DNA from: an uncultured Haloferula sp.
GTDB lineage: Bacteria; Verrucomicrobiota; Verrucomicrobiia; Verrucomicrobiales; Akkermansiaceae
DNA length: 33,138 nucleotides
Assembly: GCA_965652295.1 (NCBI GenBank)
Contig: CBFGTS010000025.1
Coordinates: 1 to 33,138, forward strand
Direction of reading: 5' to 3'
A model generated the notes under the pieces. That model saw only the letters and a list, made by a program, of their open reading frames with translations. It was not told the origin of the DNA and did not search any database. Of the stretch, positions 1-6,301 are shown one piece after another. The first letter of the stretch is position 1. Each line of letters starts with the position of its first letter. Position numbers and translations under genes: made by a program.

Positions 1-1
1 G

Positions 2-37
2 GGCTTGAAGAGGCTGGAGGAAGTGCGCGAAATCTAG
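2..37 (+). CDS. 3' end of a gene entering from the left edge (...GLKRLEEVREI*), possibly a RAYT/Y1-type transposase
   Basis: Open frame 2-37 ends in TAG and is followed directly by GACTGACCCC. Only 11 codons are visible, so the identity is a guess from the flanking motif. Confidence 0.25.
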   Translation, partial: GLKRLEEVREI

Positions 38-948
38 GACTGACCCCAAGGCGAGACCCCCATCCCGAGTGCCTCGTGCGGACGCCCCTCGTTGAATTCC
101 TTTCTCCAGCGATCAAACCGCTGTTGCTGGGCGTAGCGGTTCGCACTCGGCGATTTGCAGCACTCCGCTTTGAGCGTGCGGTGCATCCGCTCGTGGCAAC
201 CGTTGTCCTGAGGGCAGCCCGGACGGGAGAACTGGACCTCGATTCCCAGCCCGATCCACCACACGCTGAGGCGGCTCAGGCCACCGGGGCCGTTCGAAGC
301 AAAAGGGGCTCCATTATCCACCCGAATGATCTCAGGAAGCCCGTAGCAGCGGAAAAGCGCCCGAAACTCGGCCTGCACCCACGACGTCCGGGTCTCCTCC
401 ATTACAGCGACCTTCATCACCAGGCGGCTGTGAAGATCCGTCACGGTCAACGGATCACAGCGGCTTTGATCACCCATCAAGAACCAACCCTTGAAGTCCA
501 CACCGAGAACGTGATTCGGGCGCTCCGGAGCGGTCAGGGTGCCTCTCTGAACCTTGAAAACCGCACCACGCCTTTTGCGCTCCGCCACCATTCCGTTCCT
601 TCTGAGCACTTCCCCGATGGTGCTCACCGCTGGTGGAGATTCGACCTCATGCTTCACTATCAGAAGCTCCCGAATCTTCTTCGGCCCCCAGGTCTTGTGT
701 TTGCGCTTCTCCGAGCAGATCAGGCGGGCGATCTCTTCACTCGTCCGGTGGCTGCAGCTCTTCGGAGCCCGGCTTCGATCCTCAAGGCCCTTGAATCCCT
801 CCGCCTCATAACGCTCCGCCCATTTGTGACCGGTCTTTCGGCTGATGCCGAACTCCCGACACAGCTCCGCCATGCTGAAGCGCCTGCTCTGGTGCAGGCT
901 CACGAATCGTAGTTTTTCTTCCATCGGTAACACGGTTTCCCAGGGCAT
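34..948 (-). pseudogene. IS481-family DDE transposase, C-terminally truncated
   Basis: MPW start, N-terminal HTH (MAELCREFGISRKTGHKW), rve core with D (VDFKG), D (VDNGAPF) and E (NGCHERMHRTLK). Similarity stops just after RPHEALGM; the last residues (GVSPWGQS) come from unrelated DNA. Confidence 0.85.
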
Positions 949-1013
949 GCGCCCAGCCTAAGGTGTTACCCATGTACCCGGTCAGTTTGTTACCGATGTT
1001 CCCGGTTCATACC
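61..1013 (-). mobile_element. Partial IS481-family insertion sequence (left end present, right end missing)
   Basis: Transposase plus a terminal region at 964-1013 with two 19-bp direct repeats. No matching right end is present in the window. Confidence 0.75.
964..1013 (-). repeat. IS481 left terminal region with two tandem putative transposase-binding repeats
   Basis: TGTTACCCATGTACCCGGT (964-982) and TGTTACCGATGTTCCCGGT (988-1006), 17/19 identical. On the minus strand the end reads GGTATGAACCGGGAACATCGGTAACA. Confidence 0.75.
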
Positions 1014-1038
1014 CTTTCATTGCCTGCGATACACCGAC

Positions 1039-2040
1039 TCAGCTGATCTGCACGACGACCTTTCCCTTGGCCCGTCCTTTTCCGAGATAGGCCAGCGCCT
1101 CCTTCGCTTGATCGAACGGAAACACCTTGTCGATCACCGGCCGGATCTTGCCTGCCTCGAGCAGATCGCCGATTTCCGCGAGTTGTCCGCCGTCGGGATG
1201 CACGAAGAGGAATGAATACTCGGCTCCTCTCTGCTTGGCCTTCCGAATGATACCGCTACTCAGGAAACCGAGCACGGTCTGCACGATAAAATTCATGCCG
1301 CGGGCCCGCGCGAATGCGGCAGTCGGTGGACCGACGAGCGAGACGACGCTGCTGTTCGATTTCAGAATCGGCAGCGATTTCTTGAGAGCGTCCCCCCGGA
1401 CAGTGCCCAGCACGACGTCATAACCCCGCAGCACGTCCTCGAATTCCTGCTTCTTGTAGTCGATCACTTCATCCGCGCCGAGGCTCCGCACCAGATCCAC
1501 GTTGCCCGTGCTCGTGGTCGTCCCCACCGTTGCTCCGAGGTGCTTGGCGAGCTGGATCGCGAATGTGCCAATGCCACCGGAGCCGGCGGGGATGAACACC
1601 TTTTGCCCGGGCCGGACCCGGGCTCGCTCTTTGAGCGCCTGCCACGCCGTCAATCCGACCATCGGGATCGAGGCCGCCTGCACAAAATCCAGGTTCGACG
1701 GTTTCATCGCCGCCGCACTCTCGGGCACGACGGCAAACTCCGCGAGCGAGCCGGTGCCCAGGTCGAAGATGCTGGCGAAGACGGCATCGCCCACCTTGAA
1801 GCGGGTCACGCGGCTGCCCACCTCCGCCACGACGCCGGCCAGATCGCTGCCCATCGTGGCCGGCAGCTGAAACCGGAGGACGGATTTGTAGGTGCCTTTC
1901 GGAATCATGGTGTCGATCGGATTCAAACCGACGGCGTGGACCCGCACGCGAATCTCCTCCGGCTTGAGCGTGGGCTCAGGAATGTCGGCGAACTCAAGTT
2001 GGTCCGAGCTGCCGTATTTTTTTAAGATGAGTGCTTTCAT
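1039..2040 (-). CDS. NADP-dependent oxidoreductase (MDR / quinone oxidoreductase-like)
   Basis: MKALILKKYG start, AVGLNPID, GSDLAGVV, nucleotide-binding AGSGGIG, C-terminal GRAKGKVV. Confidence 0.92.
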   Translation of the reverse strand: MKALILKKYGSSDQLEFADIPEPTLKPEEIRVRVHAVGLNPIDTMIPKGTYKSVLRFQLPATMGSDLAGVVAEVGSRVTRFKVGDAVFASIFDLGTGSLAEFAVVPESAAAMKPSNLDFVQAASIPMVGLTAWQALKERARVRPGQKVFIPAGSGGIGTFAIQLAKHLGATVGTTTSTGNVDLVRSLGADEVIDYKKQEFEDVLRGYDVVLGTVRGDALKKSLPILKSNSSVVSLVGPPTAAFARARGMNFIVQTVLGFLSSGIIRKAKQRGAEYSFLFVHPDGGQLAEIGDLLEAGKIRPVIDKVFPFDQAKEALAYLGKGRAKGKVVVQIS

Positions 2041-2095
2041 GGATTATGTCTTTCGGCTTTGGTTTTAGTGATAGGGAACGCGGGGCTTGAATGAA

Positions 2096-2911
2096 TCAGC
2101 CCAGACCGGATTCTTTTCGAATCGCCCGGTCAAATAGTGCGACAGGAGCAAAGCGGTGCAGTCGGCTCACCAGGATCCCCTTGCCGACGGGATAACGCAG
2201 CCGGGGCGATCTCGTCGTCACCGCCCGCCAAACGGCTTCGGCTACGAGCTGGGGTTCATCTCCATTCTCGACGCCTTTCGCCACCAGTTCGTGCTTGCGC
2301 CGCCGTTGAAAGGCATAGGCGTCGAGATGAGTTTGGGCCGACTTCTCGTTCTGGTTGAGGTTGCTCTTGGTCCATGAGGGTTGGACCAACACCGCCCGCA
2401 CTCCGAATTGCCTCACCTCGTGATCCAAGGTCTCGGTGTAGCCCTCGACCGCGTGCTTGCTCGCCGAATACATGCCCATGAAGGGAGTGGGGATGAAACC
2501 GACCACTGAGCTGATGTTGACGATGCGGCCGTAGCCAGCTTGCCGCATTCGGGGCAGCACCGCGTTGGTCACACGCAGCACGCCAAAGAAGTTGGTTTCA
2601 AACTGTTCTCTCGCTTCCTTGAGGTCCGTTTCCTCCAACGCTCCCGTGAGGCCGTAGCCAGCGTTGTTCACCAGAACTTCAATGGGTCCTGCCTTCTTCA
2701 CAATCTCTTGAATCGCTTCGCTGACGCTGGCGTCGTCCGTCACGTCCATGCGGATGAGCTCAACGCCAGGGACAGGGCTTGCGTTTCTTGGATTGCGGGC
2801 GGTGCCGAAGACACGAGCACCACGCTGCGCGAGCAGTCGGGCGATTTCCCGGCCGATGCCGGAGGAGGCTCCGGTGACGAGGACGACTTTGTTTGCGATG
2901 GGAGAGTTCAT
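2096..2911 (-). CDS. Short-chain dehydrogenase/reductase (SDR)
   Basis: TGASSGIG, NNAG, catalytic YSASK. Start placed at MNSPIANK (2911) rather than 2992. Confidence 0.92.
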   Translation of the reverse strand: MNSPIANKVVLVTGASSGIGREIARLLAQRGARVFGTARNPRNASPVPGVELIRMDVTDDASVSEAIQEIVKKAGPIEVLVNNAGYGLTGALEETDLKEAREQFETNFFGVLRVTNAVLPRMRQAGYGRIVNISSVVGFIPTPFMGMYSASKHAVEGYTETLDHEVRQFGVRAVLVQPSWTKSNLNQNEKSAQTHLDAYAFQRRRKHELVAKGVENGDEPQLVAEAVWRAVTTRSPRLRYPVGKGILVSRLHRFAPVALFDRAIRKESGLG

Positions 2912-2961
2912 ATGATTTCCAGCTGGGTTGCCGCGCGGGTGGATATGCTCAAGTTGTTCAT
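2908..2961 (-). other. 17-codon upstream mini-ORF (MNNLSISTRAATQLEII*) overlapping the SDR start (ATGA)
   Basis: ATG at 2961 after an A-rich leader. Its TGA (2910-2908) overlaps the SDR ATG (2911-2909). Confidence 0.35.
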
Positions 2962-3017
2962 GTATTTGGTCTTTGAGTCTTCCTATTGCCACCGGGTTGG
3001 TGGGTTACGGAGCACAA

Positions 3018-3035
3018 TGATTACGGGCGTAATCA
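3018..3035. promoter_or_regulatory. Putative TetR operator 1
   Basis: Perfect palindrome TGATTACG-GG-CGTAATCA in the divergent tetR/SDR intergenic region, next to a minus-strand TTGACG (-35-like, 3044-3039). Confidence 0.65.
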
Positions 3036-3050
3036 AAACGTCAAGCATTT

Positions 3051-3070
3051 TAGATGATGATTGACATCTA
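3051..3070. promoter_or_regulatory. Putative TetR operator 2
   Basis: Palindrome TAGATG-N8-CATCTA upstream of tetR. Confidence 0.55.
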
Positions 3071-3108
3071 TTTTCCTGGAGCTTTGGTTCCGGCAGGAGA
3101 TTTCCAAA

Positions 3109-3702
3109 ATGAAAGTGACCAAAGCACAGGCCCGGGAGAACCGGGAGCGCGTCGTCGAGACGGCTTCCACCCTGTTCCGGGAACGCGGCTACGACGGCGT
3201 GAGCGTGGCGGATCTGATGGCGGCGGCCGGATTCACCCACGGCGGGTTCTACAAGCAGTTCGGGTCCAAGGCCGACCTGATGGCGGAAGCGGCGGCGCGC
3301 GGCCTCTCGCAGTCGGCAACAAATACCGCAGGTCTCGATCCGGCCGAGTTCGTGAAGGAATACGTGTCCCGGAAGCACCGCGATGGACGTGGCAACGGCT
3401 GCACGCTGGCCGCGCTGTGCGGAGACGCCGCCCGTCAGCCGGAGGCGGTCAGGGAAACATTTGCGGCCGGAATCGAGAGTCAGCTGGCTACCTTGGCCCA
3501 CGAAGATGGCGAGCTGGACGATATCGCGAAACGCGAGGCGCGATCCAAGCGGATCGACACCCTTGCGCATGTCGTGGGCGCGCTCGTGTTGTCCCGGGCC
3601 TGTCCGGACGACTCGCCGCTGGCGGATGAGATCCTGGAGGTCTGCCGCACTCAGATTCTCGATCAATATAACCGAAAAGGTGAAGGGCCGAACGGGACTT
3701 AG
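3109..3702 (+). CDS. TetR/AcrR family transcriptional regulator
   Basis: MKVTKAQARENRERVV, HTH (GVSVADLMAAAGFTHGGFYKQFGSK), AGGAGA RBS at ~3095-3100; divergent from the SDR/MDR pair. Confidence 0.92.
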   Translation: MKVTKAQARENRERVVETASTLFRERGYDGVSVADLMAAAGFTHGGFYKQFGSKADLMAEAAARGLSQSATNTAGLDPAEFVKEYVSRKHRDGRGNGCTLAALCGDAARQPEAVRETFAAGIESQLATLAHEDGELDDIAKREARSKRIDTLAHVVGALVLSRACPDDSPLADEILEVCRTQILDQYNRKGEGPNGT

Positions 3703-3796
3703 CTTGCCGGAACAGAGGCCGGTCAGTCGCAAGCGTTCATCTTCGAACAGCTCACGGAACCGAAATCCGAACAGAGCGAGTGACCCTTGCCACCAG

Positions 3797-3825
3797 GGCG
3801 GCCGGTAACCCCGGCCGCCTTTTTT
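3797..3825 (+). terminator. Rho-independent terminator
   Basis: Stem GGCGGCCGG / CCGGCCGCC, 5-nt loop, followed by T6. Confidence 0.8.
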
Positions 3826-4114
3826 CGTGCCTTCCGGTGCCGCACCCACGTCTGCGTCTGCGTCCTTCGGGAGGGTCGGTCCTTGAACTTTGACAAATCG
3901 CCGAAGGAAGCCGGTGGATCCGCTGGCGAATCGCCAGCACGGGCGCGGCGGTGAATCTGGACGTCGTTCGTCGCTGGTGTGCGGGAGAGGGAGGAGCGGA
4001 GGCTTTTGAAGAGCTGGAAGCGAGGCTGGGAGACGAAGGGTGAAGACCAGCGGGATGGGGTGGCGGAGCGCCGATCTGGGGAGGGAAGGAACTTCGAGAG
4101 CACGACGGTGCCGG

Positions 4115-6301
4115 TTAAAAACCGGCGCTCCAATGGGCGATGAGGTGCTCGGCTTGGGCGGGGTCGTTGAGGAAGAGGCCGGGGCCGTTGGCGAGGGCTT
4201 CGATTTCTTCCTCTGACATGGTGGCTTTCCGCAGGAGGCGGAGGTGGCCGGGGCGTTTGCCGCTGCGTTTCATCCACTCCGAGGCGAGGCGGCCCATGGT
4301 GTGGCGGACGTTGAGTTCGACGACGGGCTTCAGAGCGAGGGAGCCATCGGGACGGCGGTGAACCATGGCGTCGATGCACAGGGGGCCGACATACCCGGGG
4401 AGGAGCTCGGCGAGGAGCTGGGGCATCCGATCTCGGTAGAGATCGATGGCCGCTTCGCGGCAGTGGCTAGTAGAAAGTAAAAAGTGACGAGTGTCGGTTT
4501 GCGTTAAGAGGTGGCCGAACTTGGGGGCGACGCGGATGCCTTGGAAGCGGCCGGCGGAGTCGTTCTCCATGACGGTGAAACCAAGGTGCTCGATGTCGCC
4601 GCCGGGCTTGGCTTCGTAGAGGGCGGAGAAGTCGAGCACGCGGTCGAGCCACGGTTCGACGACGACCGCGCCGTGGGCGGCGAGCGTGTTGTCGATCCAG
4701 CCGCGGGTTTTGTCGGGGAGGCTGGCGTGATTGACGCGGAGGTGGCCGCGGCCGGAACAGGCGAACGGGGCTTTCAGCAGGGCCTGGCGTGGCTTTGTTT
4801 CGGACACGGAGGAACGGAGGCTGCCGAGGTCACCGAGGGGAGCTTTTGAGGAGGTGGGGGAAAGCGTTTCCCTGTTCCGTTCATCATTCTCGGTGTCCTC
4901 CGTCCTCTCCGTTTCTCCGTGATGGGAAGAAAGCGGTCTTTGCGGTTGAGTGCCTGACGCGGTGGGGCGCGCATCGTTTTCGTCGCCATTCAGGATGCGG
5001 TCGATGGCGGCGAGAACCGCCTCCGCATCGCGGAAAAGGCTGCCGGTTTCCGGGACGGGGCCGAGGGCGTGTTCGAGCTGGAGGCCGATGGCTTTGGAAA
5101 ACCACTCGGTAGGGACGGGCTCGCGCCACGGGTGGTCCATGCCGGGGGCGATGGCGTCGGCGAAGGGAGCCAAGGTTTCCGAGGCGTCGGGTGACCATGC
5201 CCAGGGGCGGAGACCGGAGAGTTTGCGGGGGGGAATCGCTCCTATAGGACCCATCGGTCGCATTGGACCTATCATCTCGGGAAGCTCGAAGCCGGCCGCT
5301 TTCAGCTTTTGCAAGTGCCCGACGGAGGGCAAGCGGCGCATCAGGAGAGCGTCGTCGCGGCGGCAGCAGGCGAGCATGAGCGCTTCGAGGTCGTGCTCGA
5401 GGGCCAGCGAAACCTTGTCCGGCTGCCAGCGTTTTCCCATGGCGGCGGCGCGGGCGTGCGACTCGGCGCTGGGGTTGAACCAATGCAGGACGGGCGTGCG
5501 GCCGCGGGAGATTTCGCAGACCTCGAGGTGGCGGATGAAGTCGTCGTCGAGCCCGGCGAGCCGACGGCTTTCGGCGTTGAAGGGCGCGAGGCCTTTCGCC
5601 CGTGCGGGGGTCAGCGGGAACGAAAGACAGCGGCGGAAGCCGTCCCAATCGGTCTCGCCGCGCTGCTTCCACCGGCGGAACCACTTCACGCCGTGACCGA
5701 CGTGGCCGATCTCGTCGAGGTGGATCTTTTCCAGCACGGCGGCGGTGGCGGTGTCGCCGACCTGGCGGAAGAGCGTGGCGTAGTGCTTGGAGAAATCGAG
5801 GTTCGCTTGCTCGAAGGTGAGGTTGAGGCGGGTGACGAAATCCAGCGGCGTTTCCATCGGGGCGACCACCCGCCAGAAGTAGTTGCTGACCGGCAGCTCG
5901 CCGAAATCGATCCCGCATTCGCGCATGCGGCGGACGTACATCAGGGCGTGGGCCTGTTCCTCACGCATCGCCTCATAGACGCCGGCGCGGTATTCCCGCG
6001 GCGCCTCCGGGAAACGGAGGAGCACGAGCGCCATCAGCTCGGCGGCGAGCAGCTCGTGGTTGGCGAGGAAATGGAGCAGGAGGCCGCGCTCGCGGTCGTC
6101 ATCGAGCCGGCGGGTGCCGGGGAAGTCGGCCTTCACGCCATCGGCCCGGATGCGCAGCTCGGCGGGCCGGCCGGGGGCATCGGGAAGGGCGATCGCGGGG
6201 CCCGGAGAATCGTCCGCGGCCACCAGCGGTCCGAGAGCGAGTTTCTCCTCCAGGGTCTCCGCGAACAGCACGCGCTCGGCGATGTCGCGCATTGGGATCA
6301 C
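4115..6301 (-). CDS. DUF455-type ferritin-like (di-iron) domain fused to an ATP-grasp-like domain
   Basis: N-terminal HFLANHELLAAE, EEQAH, FEQANLD, DEIGHV. C-terminal KAPFACSGRG, VVVEPW, GPLCIDAM, VELNVR. GTG at 6301 overlaps the upstream TGA (alternative ATG at 6292). Confidence 0.8.
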   Translation of the reverse strand: MIPMRDIAERVLFAETLEEKLALGPLVAADDSPGPAIALPDAPGRPAELRIRADGVKADFPGTRRLDDDRERGLLLHFLANHELLAAELMALVLLRFPEAPREYRAGVYEAMREEQAHALMYVRRMRECGIDFGELPVSNYFWRVVAPMETPLDFVTRLNLTFEQANLDFSKHYATLFRQVGDTATAAVLEKIHLDEIGHVGHGVKWFRRWKQRGETDWDGFRRCLSFPLTPARAKGLAPFNAESRRLAGLDDDFIRHLEVCEISRGRTPVLHWFNPSAESHARAAAMGKRWQPDKVSLALEHDLEALMLACCRRDDALLMRRLPSVGHLQKLKAAGFELPEMIGPMRPMGPIGAIPPRKLSGLRPWAWSPDASETLAPFADAIAPGMDHPWREPVPTEWFSKAIGLQLEHALGPVPETGSLFRDAEAVLAAIDRILNGDENDARPTASGTQPQRPLSSHHGETERTEDTENDERNRETLSPTSSKAPLGDLGSLRSSVSETKPRQALLKAPFACSGRGHLRVNHASLPDKTRGWIDNTLAAHGAVVVEPWLDRVLDFSALYEAKPGGDIEHLGFTVMENDSAGRFQGIRVAPKFGHLLTQTDTRHFLLSTSHCREAAIDLYRDRMPQLLAELLPGYVGPLCIDAMVHRRPDGSLALKPVVELNVRHTMGRLASEWMKRSGKRPGHLRLLRKATMSEEEIEALANGPGLFLNDPAQAEHLIAHWSAGF
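4449..4496. repeat. GCGAAGC-type mini-hairpin plus five AGT-N4 heptamers inside the CDS
   Basis: GCCGC-TTC-GCGGC (4449-4461), then AGTGGCT AGTAGAA AGTAAAA AGTGACG AGTGTCG (4462-4496). Confidence 0.6.
4805..4921. repeat. 117-bp imperfect palindromic element inside the CDS
   Basis: 33-bp arms at 4805-4837 and 4889-4921 (26/33 complementary), each made of four ACGGAG/ACCGAG units; 51-nt spacer. Confidence 0.8.
5241..5272. repeat. Degenerate 9-mer tandem repeat inside the CDS
   Basis: CCTATAGGA CCCATCGGT CGCATTGGA CCTAT, encoding IGPMRPMGPIG on the minus strand. Confidence 0.6.

Noticed and set aside
964..1006. CRISPR-like direct repeats
   Set aside because: Only two 19-bp copies with a 5-bp spacer, located at an IS end; no cas genes.
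4791..4984. Possible intein or intron in the DUF455 gene
   Set aside because: Too short, no Cys/Ser start with His-Asn end, no intron-like features; better explained as a palindromic DNA insertion.
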